Below, piece by piece: positions 39,449 to 53,104 of a stretch of 64,000 nt of DNA. A model generated the notes under the pieces. That model was not told where the DNA came from and ran no database searches. It saw only the letters and a program-made list of their open reading frames with translations. Origin of the DNA: Eledone cirrhosa (taxonomy: Eukaryota); contig OZ024740.1 of NCBI GenBank assembly GCA_964016885.1, forward strand, positions 416,578,001 through 416,642,000, given 5' to 3'. A program made the translations under genes and the position numbers. Numbering within the stretch: the first letter of the stretch is position 1; each line of letters starts with the position of its first letter.

Positions 39449-42400
39449 TTAGTGGGTTGCTGCCAGCTCACCACTTGATTGTGCTCTCAGTGCCCGCACT
39501 AGCTGGCACCTAAAGACAATCAAATGTCACCTGTGTTACCAAAGCTACCACAGGAGTTGTGTCGACATCACTAAGGCTCAAACCGAAAGGCTTCACTATG
39601 GACCTATAATCAGTGCTACTTCAGTTCCGACGTTCTCCATGGAGACGTCCCACGCTTCGACGACCAACTTTCTACCGAGGACTTTGTCGCAGCCCTCCAG
39701 GGTTTATCCAAATCGAAGCTCGTCAACCAGATCCCTAAGCGAGCTCGGAATAGCTTTGCACGTGCCCTCTATAATTTATTGAAAAACGTTTGTTTATCCA
39801 ACAATACGTCTGATTGGAAGAAACTGTTTTTGTTCCATCGCATCTCTCTTCATGCGCACAATCCGAAATCGGGTTCCCTCACGTCTTCTCTCAAGCGGCA
39901 GTTCCAGATGCTTGAGTCCACCCCAACAACTTCTCACCTCAGTTTTACATCGTGCTCGGTGCCTACCAACAGGCAACCGATAAACCTCAAGCGTGCGGTT
40001 AATGCCAAATTCAGCGAATTTGACATCAAAGGAGTTGTCCGTCTCCACTCTTCTCTGTCTTCTCTCGCTCCGTGTAACTCTGATTCTCTTGAACGACTGA
40101 AAGAGAAGCACCCATCGGCACCCCTAGATGATTAGTAACACTGGCCTGAACCACCAGAATACTTGAAACTGGTCTACACCACAGATATCATCAGAAAAGC
40201 GATTTCATCCTTCCCCGCTGGTTCAGGTGTGGGGATTGACGGCCTTCTAACTCAACACCTCAAGGATGGTTTCTCCTTATCGGCCGGTGACGCCGGACTC
40301 GAGCTCTTGGAGAGTCTAACTCAGTTTGTGAATCAGTTCTCTTCAGTGAACGTTCTTCCCTATATCCGCCCACTGTTCTTCGGTGAGAAATTATTCGGTC
40401 TCACTAAACCCAACGGAGACCTGTGCCCCATTGCGGTTTGTTGAACGCGTCACCGTCTCACTGCAAAGGTGTGTTTGCTATCGGTCTCTGACTCACTGGC
40501 GGGGGAGTTTTCCCCCATCCAGCTTGGGGTGAGTACCAAGCTCGGATATGAAGCTGCTGCCCACGCTACCAGAGCCTTTACCAACTTTCTCTCCTTGTCC
40601 CCCAAGGTCATCCTCAAACTTGACCCCAAGAACGCTTTCAACTCTGTCAGCCGCGTTGTCGTCCTCAGCTCAGTAAGAGAGAGGGTCTCATAACTCTACC
40701 ACTTTGCTTGGGAGGCTTATCGGGAGCCCTTCTGCCTCTCTTTTGGTGACCAAATCATCACCTCTGCATCAGGAGTCCAACAGGACGACCCACTCGGGCT
40801 CGCTCTGTTTGTACTGGGCATTGATGACATCACCAAAATGACGTTTGAGTTTGACCTCAACGTCTGGTAACTTGACGACGCTTCTTTGGGGGTGACCTCC
40901 GGATAAGGTTCTCGCCACTGCTAACAAAATGGTTGAGGACCTTGCCCGTCGGGTTCTCCAGGTCAATAAATCCAAATGTGACTCTGGATCCTCAACCACC
41001 CGGCTTCTCAACATCAACAGACAATTGACCTGTTTACAGAGTCCTCCCCTTCCATTGCAGTCTTTCTCTGTCGGCTTGGTGCTCCTTAGGAGCCCCAATT
41101 ACAGATCTTGCCTTCGAGTCAATCTTCCAATCGAAGATGGTTGGCCTTGAGCAGTTGCCGAAGAATATCGAAGCAATCAAACTCCATCAAGGTTTTTTCC
41201 TACTCAGAAACTACCTTTCGATTCCTAAGCTTCTACATATATGCTCAGGATCCGTCCTGCCTCCAACGCTTCGACGACCTAATCTTCGAGAGACTCGAGT
41301 ACTTGGTCAATGTCAGACTCTCTCCAGCGTCAATGCCAGACTCTCTCAGGCTGCTTTGCCCAAGCGATTTGGGGGTCTTGGTCTTCGTAAATATTCGTCT
41401 CTCTCTCTCTCTACCCTGCTTCCTTTCTTCCACCCACGTTTTCCCCACCCTGGTGGGCAACATACTCTCCTCTCCTTTCCAACATCCAACATGGTCTAGT
41501 TCCAACAGGGAGTTGAATGAATCTCTCCAATAATGGAGTGAGTTGGGCTTGTCTGTTCCTGAGAAGGTGGAGGACAATCGAAGTCAGGGAGCTTGGGACA
41601 GCATAATTTCGAAGGCCACCTTCGATTACATCTTCGTCCAGTTGGATCAGTTTTCAAGGTGCCGCTTACTGTTTGCCAGCACCAAATACTCAGGTGACTG
41701 GGTTGATGCCCTGCCTGTGGCTAACGTTGGTGGCCTACTCAGCTTGGACGAACTTCGTGTCTCCATTGCTTTCAGAGTAGGAGCTGACATCTGTACGGGT
41801 TTGAGGTGTCGATGTGGCAAACTGCTCGACTCCACAGGCCCCCACGGTCTTTCTTGCCGCCTGAATGTCGGTCGCTTTGCGCGTCACATGGAACTAAACC
41901 TTATTCCCAAGAAAGCTTTGGCCCGGACAAACATCCCCTCGATCTTGGAACCATCTGGGTTGTCCAGACGTGATGGGAAAAGACCTGACAGCCTAACCCT
42001 GTGCACCTGGTCGAGAGGCAAATGCCTTGTCTGGGACGTCACAGTTAATGACTCTTTTGCTTTTCCCCCACATCCTGGATGCTGCGGTTAGGGCGAGAGC
42101 CACAGCTTCCGCAGCCGAACGGAACAAAATCCTAAAATTCTGTGATCTGTCGGCCAACTACATTTTTCAAACCTATGGCGTTCGAGACGTTTGGGGGAGT
42201 CGGGCTACTGACTGCGAGATTCCTGTCTTCACTGGCGGCTCGACTAACAGAGGTAACTCGTGAAGCTCGTGAGGGCACTTGGTTGTTCCAACGCATCAGC
42301 CTCCCCATCACCCGAGGTAACGCCGCGAGCGTGCTGGCCTGCCTCAAATATTTCAGAGAGGTTTCCCAGTGCTCCTCGCGATATTGTTATCATTTACTCT

Positions 42401-42570
42401 GGTAGCGGCTCGGTTGTCCACCCCTTTTGCCTGCCTTTTGTTGTATGTGGTCCCAGATGTGTGTGTGTTTTTTTTTTTTTGTTGGTCTTTTTTCTCTTTA
42501 TTTTCCTTTTTTTTCTGGTTTCTCTCTCCCTTTCCTTTATACTATATTTGTTTGTGCTTTCTCATTATTA
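39449..42570 (+). mobile_element. CRE-like (RLE) non-LTR retrotransposon, decayed
   Basis: SFPAGSG.GIDGL..QHLKD, KP.GD..PIAV, QLGV, KLD..NAFNSV.R, GVQQ.DPLG, LDD; C-terminal CRC..H..SC..RH, EP.GL.R.DGKRPD, WDVT, FETFGG. Many stops and frameshifts. Confidence 0.85.
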
Positions 42571-42789
42571 AGCTCGTGTTTTGAGCATAACTTAACAAAG
42601 GTACTTACATAAAGTATCGTTGAGAAGAGATATCTCGCTATGTCCCTGTGTGGGTCAAATGTTACACGTACATTTTTATGTGTTAATATGTGACAGAAAT
42701 GGTTGATACGATTGTGTGTGTGTACAGATATAATAGATGAATTACATGCATAAGAAATCACATCTGCCGTGTGCCAGACGACTGCTCTG

Positions 42790-45095
42790 CCGCTGTGGGA
42801 AACGAAAATCACCCGGTTTAGATGGTCTACCCTATGAGTTTTACATAGGCATGCCAGACTTGTTCTCTGGCGTCATCGAAGCGGTCTACTGCAACTGGCA
42901 GCAGAACGGAAGGATTTCCCGTTCTGTAGGCAGAGGCGTAGTAACGCTGATCAGGAAAGATGAGAACAAGGGAGATGAGATAAGCAATTTCAGAGCCATA
43001 ACTCTGCTCAACACAGAGTTAAAGATTTTGGCCAGAGTGTTAACAACGAGGCTGGCGCTTGTCGTCGAGAACCTGGTAGGGGAAGCTCAAACGTGTGCAA
43101 TCCCGACCAGGTCCATACACGACAACCTCCACCTCATACGATACATCATAGAGAGGGTAGGGTGTAAACCTGGTTCGGTGGGTCTCTGATCAATTTAGAT
43201 CAGTCTAAGGCTTTTGATAGGGTCGACCATCAATACTTGGAAGTGGTTCTCAAGGCGGCCGGCTTCGGTCCCGTCTTCAGAGGCTGGACCGCTACCATGC
43301 ACACCAGCATCTGCTCGGCAGTCAAGGTGAATGGCTACCTATCGGAGCCATTCCAAATCATGCGTTCCATCTGTCAGGGATGCCCTCTCTCCTCCATTCT
43401 GTATGTACTGACTCTCGAGTCATTACTGCGGAAGTTGGAGCTGTTGCAGGGCATACCGATCGAACCAGGACTGCGGAAAGCAGCGCCGGCCTATGCCGAC
43501 GACATAACCGTAATGGTGTCGAAAACCTCGGAAATCGAGGTAATCGGCAACCTATTACAGGAATACGAAACGTTGACAGGAGCAAGACTAAACCTAATCT
43601 GTCGGTTTGCAACTCAGCACATGGAGAGGCAAACCCATGCCTTCCGACAGTGTCGGTGGACGCTGGACGGAAGGACCGGTGTAATTGCTCGGGGTCTAGT
43701 TTGGTCCAGACCTCCGGGTGGACAAGAACTGGAACGAGATCACGGCGAAGGTGTTTGCACTCACCCAGAAGTGGGCTGAGTGCAAACTCTCGTTGAAAGG
43801 TCGACCGGAGGTGGCGAACACTTACATAGCGTCCGTCATCTACTACTGCTTGACAGTCGTGCCTTGTCCCCGCGAATACCTCACCAAAATGGAGCGCCTA
43901 CTCTTCAAGTTCCTCTGGAAGAAACAGGCTCCATTGGTGAGGAGATCCATCTGCTGTCAACACCCTTCTAACGGAGGGCTGGGCATGCCGTGGCTGATGA
44001 TGCGCAAACACACGCTGAGGCTACACCATCTCCAGGTAACCCTGACCGGCGAACCGGTGTGGCTGTCGTTTGTGAGACGAGCTCTTCCACAACTCGTCTC
44101 ACTAACAGAGCTGCAGTCCTGGATCAAGCGAAGACCGAAAATGGGCGACTGGCACCTCAAGTGCCTTCAGGCGCTCACAGCCCTCTGCCAAGCGGAAACG
44201 GCAATCAGTGGAAACTCCACTTCGACATTCTATAGGGGATTAGTGGAGGATAAGTGTGACGAAGTTCTCGGGGAAACTCTAGGCATTGAGGAGAACGAAC
44301 TGACCAGTCTGTTCGGGAGGACTTTCCGTCCAGGGCCTATGGATAACTTCAAGAGGTCTCTGGCCTGGCAGTGCTACCGAGGAACTCTACCTGTTCGAGA
44401 CAAAATCTACAAGCATGGACGCCCTGGCAGAGATCCTGTCAAAATGACCTGTCCAAGATGCGAGCAGGACATCGAAACCGTTCTGCACGCAACTGATCAG
44501 TGCCCACAGGTGACCGACCTGTGGAATTATGTCGAACGGTTGTCAGCCGAGTCCATCGTGAAGATCACCCCGCTGCCTTCATTTAAGAATGAATGAGAGG
44601 CGGTTTTCCTCTGTCTGGTGGCTATGGCGAAAGAGGTAATATGGTGGACGAGGTTAAAAGGAGTGAGGGCAAACACCTTTCTCTCCGGAAAACAACTTAT
44701 CCCCTTCTTTAAGTACCACTTCAGAAGGAAGGTGAGAGTGGAGAGAGAGGTGCTACACCCCAGTAAATTCGCTGAAAGGTGGGTGAATGTGGCGAAAATG
44801 GCCCGAGTGAATGGGCCTTCTTTGTATATAAACCTGTCGGCTGAGGAAGATAAACAGAGGGAAGACGAGAACTCCTACAAAACGTGTTCCTGGTGTTGAG
44901 GGTTGTTCTATCCACGGGGTTTAAAACAACCCTGCAGTAACGTTCCCCCTATTGGGGATTTCCATTGTTATTTTATTATATATAGTTTATTGTTATTTAT
45001 TAATGTTAAAGTTATATGATGTTTATGTAAAACCCCGCCGTCACGTCTTGTAATGTCCCATGTTTGTACGCCCCTGTGGCAAACAAAGAAAGATA
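42790..45095 (+). mobile_element. L1/Tx1-clade LINE, 5'-truncated
   Basis: KSPGLDGLPYEFY, FRAITLLN.E.KILA, DQSKAFDRV.H, QGCPLS, YADD, GGLGMP and CPRC..ET..H zinc knuckle. Confidence 0.9.
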
Positions 45096-45189
45096 TCATT
45101 ACATCAAAGCGAGGCTGGCCTTTTACCTATCATTTTTATTAAACCTTAACTATCAATCAGTATATGTAAACAAACAATCGTATTTACGT

Positions 45190-46935
45190 TGAATATATTT
45201 TAATGTGTATTTAATATATCTTAATATATATTTAATATATTCTAATATATATTAAATATATTTTATATCTATCAAATATATTCTAATATAAATTAAATAT
45301 ATGTTAATATATATTTAATATATTTTAATATATATCATCATCTCAACTGGAGCCAGCAGGCCTAGACTGAGGAGATGGCAAGCTCTCCGACGGAATCACC
45401 CTCTTCCCATTCGAAGGAGATAGATCCCTCCTCTGGGACGGCACCTGCTGCGACACATTCTCCGCCTCCAGCTTTGTCGTTTCGTCCACAAACCCCGACA
45501 TCGCAGCCGGCCTCGCAGAAGAACGTAAAATAAACAAATACCGGGGTTTGTCCGGCCGCTTCCTCTTCGCACTGGTCACCGTCGAGACCTCAGGCGTACT
45601 TGGAGCCCGTACTGCCGAGCTCCTTGGCAAGGTCGGAGCGTCGGTGGCCCGTCTGAGGAGGGAGCCCCATGAGGTTGGGTGGCTGTTGCAGCTATCACTG
45701 GCCATCGTCCGGGGGAACGCTGTTGCCGTCTTGTCAGCGGGACGCAGCACTCCTGCCCTCTTGCCCTAGGCCCAAAGTCCAATCACCCTCCCCCTTCATC
45801 CCTCCCCTCTCTTCTGCGACACCAGAACTCTTGCCATCCCCTCTTCTTCTCGATCTTTTTCTTCTTTCTTTCTCTCCTCTTCTTGTTCTATATTACCCTA
45901 TTCTTTCTTTCCTTTTGTTTTCCCTTCTTTTTTATTATTTCTATATTAAAAATAAACATGTATTTGAAAAGAAAAAAAAAATTAATATATATCAAATATA
46001 TTTTGATATATATTAATATATATCATATATATTTTAATATATATGATATATATTTTAATATATATCGAATATATTTTAATGTATATTAAATATATCTTAA
46101 TATACTATATCAAATATATTTTAATATATATCATATATATTTTAATATATATCATATATATTTTAATATATATCATATATATTTTAATATATATGATATA
46201 TATTTTAATATATATGATATATGTTTTAATATATATGATATATGATATATATTTTAATATATATCGAATATATTTTAATATATATCGAATATATTTTAAT
46301 ATATATCGAATATATTTTAATATATATCGAATATATTTTAATATATATCGAATATATTTTAATGTATATCATATATATTTTAATATATATCGAATATATC
46401 ATAATATATATTAAATATATCTTAATATATATCATATACATTTTAATATATATCGAATATATTTTAATATATATTAAATATATCTTAATATATATCATAT
46501 ACATTTTAATATATATCGAATATATTTTAATGTATATCATATATATTTTAATATATATCGAATATATCATAATATATATTAAATATATCTTAATATATAT
46601 CATATACATTTTAATATATATCGAATATATTTTAATGTATATCATATATATTTTAATATATATCGAATATATCATAATATATATTAAATATATCTTAATA
46701 TATATCATATACATTTTAATATATATCGAATATATTTTAATGTATATCATATATATTTTAATATATATCGAATATATTTTAATATATATTAAATATATCT
46801 TAATATACTATATCAAATATATTTTAATATATATCAAATATATTTTAACATATATTAAGTATATTTTAACATATATTAAGTATATTTTAACATATATTAA
46901 GTATATTTTAACATATATTAAGTATATTTTTTATA
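45190..46935. repeat. AT-rich 21-bp minisatellite interrupted by a CRE fragment
   Basis: Unit ATATATTTTAATATATATCGA with variants. Confidence 0.85.
45343..45981 (+). mobile_element. CRE-like 3' fragment with poly(A)
   Basis: LEPAGLD*GDGKLSDG..LWDGTC, VETSGVLG, LSLAIVRGNA; poly(A) at ~45967-45981. Confidence 0.85.
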
Positions 46936-47149
46936 TATATTATAAACAAAGAAATGTTCTCACTATGATACATATGTTACATCTGTATTCAGTATACAGA
47001 ATACCTCTTTATTTTATTCCCCTCCGGCCGGCTATTGTCATTACTAACATACTGTCATTTGAGAAAGAGGTTATCTCTCTGGTTACATTTAAGTTGTCAC
47101 ATATTTCATATATTTATTAGAACATCACTGATAAAATGACAAGTCAGTC

Positions 47150-47478
47150 AATCATATTGATGGCCTCCCCACAGCCCCGGCAGACAGAATGGAGAAGGCG
47201 TTTCCTCGGAGGACGGCAAGGGAGATGCGCTGGTAAAGCCATTTCAGCTCGCGAGGCTCCCACCTGCGGCTGGCCAGCTCAGCGCCTATGGTGGTGAGTA
47301 GGGAGGTAGCCCTAGGGCCGAGGACACCAGATGTCTTCACTGCCAAGGGTACAACCGCAAACCTGTCGGAGAGTGACCGGTATTTGAAGAGTTTGGCCTC
47401 CTCAGCCGGACGCGCAGCAGAATCTGGGTTATTTGCAGACTGCACCAGGTTGCGGCTGGAGAAAGTTTTCACCACAGC
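47150..47478 (-). mobile_element. CRE-like 3' fragment
   Basis: AEEAKLFKYRSL..TSGVLGP..QRISLAVLRGNA. Confidence 0.85.
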
Positions 47479-47729
47479 TAACAGTAAATATTCCAATCTG
47501 TAAGGTGTAGCAGTGAAATTACAATATATTATTAAAATTTGTTTTTAAAAGAAAAAAAAAAAAATAATAATTAAGTTGTCACATACTTCATTTATTTATT
47601 TATTTATTGAGAGTTAGCTTCCTGTGTTCTGCATTTATTCGACAATTGAAAAACAAATATATTCAGGATACAAAATCTCACAATGACATGAAAAAGCCAT
47701 TGACATTATATAAAAATAAATGAGCAGTA

Positions 47730-47880
47730 GATAATTGTTTCTACTTTTGGCACAAGGCCAGCAATTATCGCAATGTATTATTGGTACTTTATTTTATCGA
47801 CCCCGTAAGGATGAAAGGCAAAGTTAACCTCGGCAGGATTTGAACTCAGACCATTAAAGGGACATAACTCTATGCTACAG
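47730..47880 (-). mobile_element. SINE, truncated
   Basis: CORE-type SINE sequence. Confidence 0.8.
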
Positions 47881-48291
47881 TAGATGATATAAACAAAACA
47901 GACTATTAAAGGGAAGAAAAAAAGGAATGAAAAGAAGAAAAAAACAAAGAAAGAGTGAGGGTGAGGGACAGACACTACACCCCAGTCTGAGGGGTGCTTC
48001 AGACACTACAGCCCAGTCTGAGGGGTGCTTCAGCAGACACTACCCCACCCAGTCTGAGCTTCAGCCTGTGGTGCCCTGCAGACACTACAGCCCAGTCTGA
48101 GCCTCAGCCTGTTGTACCATTCAGACACTGCCCCCCAGTCTGAGGGGTGCTTCAGCCTGCCGTGCCCTGCAGACAAAATGTTATTCTTCATTTATATATT
48201 TTTCTTAATGTTTGTATTGCTCTCTTTTATATTGTAATTTGTGAACAATAGATGCCTTTCCAATTGGCCTGTCATAGGTTCACAACATTTC

Positions 48292-48355
<64 letters not shown>

Positions 48356-48498
48356 AAGTGTCTGTAATTCAGTGCACTTCTTTCAAAAAGCAGTTTTACC
48401 CCGAAACATTTTTGAACAGTAATACACACACACACACATATTTGCCTTTTGAACATTTCATTGGTAACGATCAGTTCAAAGAATTTTTTCTTAGTCTA

Positions 48499-48684
48499 AG
48501 AACCCCGACGGCAGAGCTGAAGCCGTTTCGACAGCTATTTCTGGTCCAGAAATAACTGTCGAAACGGCTTGAGCTCTGCTGTCGGGGTTCTGACTCTTTT
48601 TCTATTACCCTCTATACTACCCAAAGTATCGAGTACTCTGGTGCGTTATGGTCCACCTGGTTCCTTACCACACTTCCTTCATTA
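48499..48684. mobile_element. Fold-back pLTR insert, family G
   Basis: Palindrome centred at 48545. Confidence 0.8.
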
Positions 48685-48791
48685 TATATATATATATATA
48701 TATATATACGTTATTCCGGGTTGAATCGGAGGTAACCACAGTAAGTAAGGTACTCAATACATAGCAGAGTATAACAGTTTTAATATAGATG

Positions 48792-48842
48792 AGATTCTAC
48801 AGGACTAGAACTGTTTCATTCATTTGAAATCATCAGGAATCT
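48792..48842 (-). ncRNA. Type I hammerhead, family E
   Basis: Mirror image of 49270-49320, in fold-back insert 48709-49337. Confidence 0.85.
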
Positions 48843-49269
48843 GGGTATCAAAAGATAAATATGGTATTTATAGGTCTCTACAAGTGGTAGGAGAGGGTGG
48901 GGAGTGGGATGGGTGCAGGTCATTGGTTGATAGAAAAGGGAATTCATTAAAAGCTAATTCTACAAAGCTATAGTTTATTTTTATTTTTATTTTTATTTAT
49001 TTATGTTTTTAGAGTAACAAGGGCAGACAGAATTCTATAAACAGGTTCCGGATGGCCTACCATTCCTTGTCAATAAGTTTCTCTTAAGCTAACAGATGTC
49101 TATAAAATCAGTGGGGGGTCAGTCATAGTCGATAGAATGAATTTAATGAATTTAATGAATTTTAATGAATTCCCTTTTCTATCAACCAATGACCTGCACC
49201 CATCCCACTCCCCACCCTCTCCTACCACTTGTAGAGACCTATAAATACCATATTTATCTTTTGATACCC

Positions 49270-49320
49270 AGATTCCTGATGATTTCAAATGAATGAAACA
49301 GTTCTAGTCCTGTAGAATCT
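49270..49320 (+). ncRNA. Type I hammerhead, family E, canonical core
   Basis: AGATTC-CTGATGA-tTTC aaat GAAt-GAAA-CAG ttctagtc CTG-TA|GAATCT. Confidence 0.85.
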
Positions 49321-49332
49321 CATCTATATTAA

Positions 49333-49389
<57 letters not shown>

Positions 49390-49518
49390 TCCCAGGTTCA
49401 ATCGGAGGTAACCACAGTTAATAAGTTACTCAATACATTAGTAGAGTTTAAACATCATGTTTAATATAGAAATGGCTACAACTAGGCTTGAACTGTTTCA
49501 TTCAAAAGAAATCATCAG

Positions 49519-49573
49519 GGCTTTCCTGATGATTTATTTCGAATGAAACAGTTCTAGTCGTCCTGTAGAAGTC
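49519..49573 (+). ncRNA. Family E hammerhead variant (older fold-back 49388-49592)
   Basis: GGCTTTC-CTGATGA-TTTATTTCGAAT-GAAA-CAG..CTG-TA|GAAGTC; a decayed mirror copy lies immediately upstream. Confidence 0.6.
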
Positions 49574-49590
49574 ATTTCTATATTAAACAT

Positions 49591-49627
<37 letters not shown>

Positions 49628-49703
49628 CACCATCATCATCATTTTACATCCGCTTTTCCCTGCTTGCAAGGGTGGGACGGGTCCTATTCAGCACAGTATC
49701 TCT

Positions 49704-49752
<49 letters not shown>

Positions 49753-49952
49753 GGAGGTGAGTTTTATTGTAGTACAATAAAGCAAGGCAGATATCGGATA
49801 AGTAGCACTCTACAGTTTGTAGGACTGGAGTATAAATAAATAATATAAGATCAAAAGATGGTTAAAAGAGTTCCATGTATTTTAAATCAACATATGTTGA
49901 TTTAACACTTCACTATTCACAAGTGTTTTTTAAACTTCATATCATGTATCCC

Positions 49953-50023
49953 TATTTTATCTGACGAAAACGCAAATGTCATCTCATGATGATATTTGTT
50001 TTTAAAATGCGCATAATAAAATA
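49953..50023 (+). ncRNA. Type I hammerhead, family A3, G12A
   Basis: TATTTTAT-CTGACGA-AAACGCAAATGTCATC tcat GATGATATTTGTTTTT-AAAA-TGCGCA-TA|ATAAAATA. Confidence 0.7.
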
Positions 50024-50053
50024 CATGGAACTCTTTTAACCATCTTTTGATCT

Positions 50054-50414
<361 letters not shown>

Positions 50415-50432
50415 TTCAACCACACACACACA

Positions 50433-50506
<74 letters not shown>

Positions 50507-51044
50507 CTCTCTCTATCTCTCACATACGTATACTAAGACACACGCATAACTTTTCACCTTATTGTTGGTCACTTGCTACATAAGTGTAGATGTGTTAGTG
50601 TATTTAATCACGAACCACGTTTTCTATTGTTTTAATGCAAATGAAAATAAAAATTATCACATACACTCACACACACACACACACTCACACATACACTCAC
50701 ACACACATACACTCTCACATACATATACTAAGGCACACACACACACACAAACACAGCCATATATTCACACACAGCTACACTCTCGCATACATATACTAAG
50801 ACAGACACACACAGACGTATATTCACGCAAACCTATTGTCAAGCACCACATATGTATATGTATGTGTAGATGTGTGTGTGTGTGTTTAATTGTCTGTGTG
50901 TGAATATAATGTGTATGCAACTTACTAATGCTATATGTATGTGTGTGTTTCTCCTCGTAGTTTTTATTATAACACCTCGCTGTAAACAATGTTCTTTGTT
51001 TTTCCGCGTCGTGCAAATGCGAAAAGGTTTCCTCTGCTTCCCCC

Positions 51045-51915
51045 CACTCGTGAACATCTAACGTACTATTGTCCGTATGAGAAACATGTCTCTTCTAAGA
51101 GAAGTCCGGTCACAGACAGGGCCTGACCTTTGGGATTTGTTAATGGATATTGCAAAGTTGACACTAATTGGAAATATCAGACGTCTGAATGAAAAGTTCC
51201 TGATGGAATGAGAGGGATTCTTGGAATGAAGACGTCATCACCTTTTGCACACCCAGAAAGAATTGTTGCCTCGATAACATGAGACATCATTTTCTTTACC
51301 ACCAGTCGTGTCCCATTGCACAGTATTGGCGGATCTAGATACCTAAGTAGCATTACAGGAGTCCCAACTTTAAGTCCTAAAAATATGCGGGGAGGTAGAC
51401 CGGGGGGCTCCAATGAATTGAGAAATTCTGGAGGATAGTTCACCACTTCATTGTGATCCGGGATTGTGTCGACAGACTTGTTAGTGTGAAGATTTCCTGG
51501 AAGAGACAGCATTAACTGTTCGTTGAGTTTATTAACAACGATGTTTTTTGGAGCCATTATTGCTCTTTCGCACAGCAAATTGTGATTTTGGTAATTTTCT
51601 GTCAAGTTCGGAAACACTTGGTCTTTCAGCTCCTCCACAGAATTAACAATAGTACAAAATGGCCAGACGTCCATTTCTCCGGCAGCGTCGAGAAGCACTT
51701 TGTCATCGCCAAATGTCAAAATGTCCTGTGCAAAGCTGGCGGACATGTGATCACCGTGTAGTTGAGCTCTCATGTTAGTGGTTAAAGTCAGGGTCGTAAC
51801 GTGTAGACACAATGGAGAGGATTTAAGGCACGCATGGACTTCATCTGCCCTGGTGCCTTTTGGGAATGACAAGAAGAGTCTGTCTGAAATCACCAGACAA
51901 CAGAAGCGTTACACC
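51045..51915 (-). mobile_element. Helitron PIF1 helicase fragment
   Basis: LTTNMR, ERAIMAPKN, YPPEFLNSLEPPGLPP, LKVGTPVMLLR..CNGTRL, VFIPRIPL. Confidence 0.9.
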
Positions 51916-52129
51916 TATAACGAAGGGTAATATGTGGTTGTTGTTAGATGAAATAACAAGAATAGCTGATTTACTTTATATATAAAAAGATTTACTTCAC
52001 TTCAGTCAAAAAGAACAATAAACAAGATACCACAAGTCACGAAGGTTGGCGATGTTATTTTGTTGTTGGTTCATGAGGCTGGTGTAGTCTGAGACCAGGT
52101 GAAAGAGAGGGTAATGGACTGTAGTTGCC

Positions 52130-52366
52130 TGTAGACCTGTGCGGCCTGTAGGTAGCGGTGAATCTTTACATAGCTTGTCTATAGAGTACGGCTCCGATCT
52201 CTGTGTAAAACGTGGGGAAATATAGGCTTTTTATACCTGTCGCTTTCTGTCTCCCACATCGAGGGATCGCCCACGCATGAACCTGTCCACGCCCAAAAGG
52301 ATGGTGACCTAGAATTTGACTTTTAGGTGTCACCCAAGGTTCAAGGCGGGGACAGATTTAGCTACA
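52130..52366 (-). mobile_element. Probable solo LTR
   Basis: TGTAGC...TCTACA on the minus strand; diverged copy of 50172-50414. Confidence 0.6.
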
Positions 52367-52469
52367 CACCTCAAATTGGAGCATGACAACCTCTTATATC
52401 TTTAATGGTTCTATCTACTGCTTCCAGAGCTCCTTTGTGGGCCATGGTGGACTCATCCCATAAAATGAG

Positions 52470-53090
52470 ACGACAAATTTGAAAAAGTTAATCAGGGCAT
52501 CACCGAAGAGATAAATGCTCGTCTTCAGCCCTTTCAAACGTGTCCACCATACTATCTCTTTCGCCATGGCCACCAGACAGAAAAAAACTGCCTGCTCTTC
52601 CCGGCTAAAGGAAGAGGGCGGAGCAATACTCACGACAGACTCAGCTGATAGCTGGATCCGTCCTACACGCGACAGCAGGTGTTCGACATAAACCCACAAG
52701 TCAGCAATGCTCGGACACTGGACGAGTGCGTGCAGGACGGTTTCGTCGCCCTGCGCGCAACTCGGACATGCCCGACTGACGGCCCCTCCATGCCTGTAGA
52801 GTTTATCCCGAACTGGCAAAGCCCCTCGGTGGCACTGCCAGGCCAGGGATTTCTGGAAGTTGTCCATAGGCCCCGGCCCGAAAGTTCTTCCAAAGAGATT
52901 GGTTAGTTGATTTTCGTCGACGCCTAGAGTTTCCCCAAGTACGTCGTCGCTCTTCCCCTCCACTAATCCTCTATAGAACGCCAAGGTGGAGTTTCCACCA
53001 ATTGGTCGAGGGCTGTGAGCGCCTGAAGACATTCCAGTCTCCAAGCGCTCCCTCTCGGTCTTCGCTTGACCCAGGACTGCAGCTCCGTCA
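52470..53090 (-). mobile_element. Tx1-clade LINE C-terminal fragment
   Basis: FYRGLVE..GETLG..GPMDNF..SLAWQC..CPSC..ETVLHA, homologous to 44110-44715. Confidence 0.9.
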
Positions 53091-53104
53091 AGAAATAATA
53101 ATAA

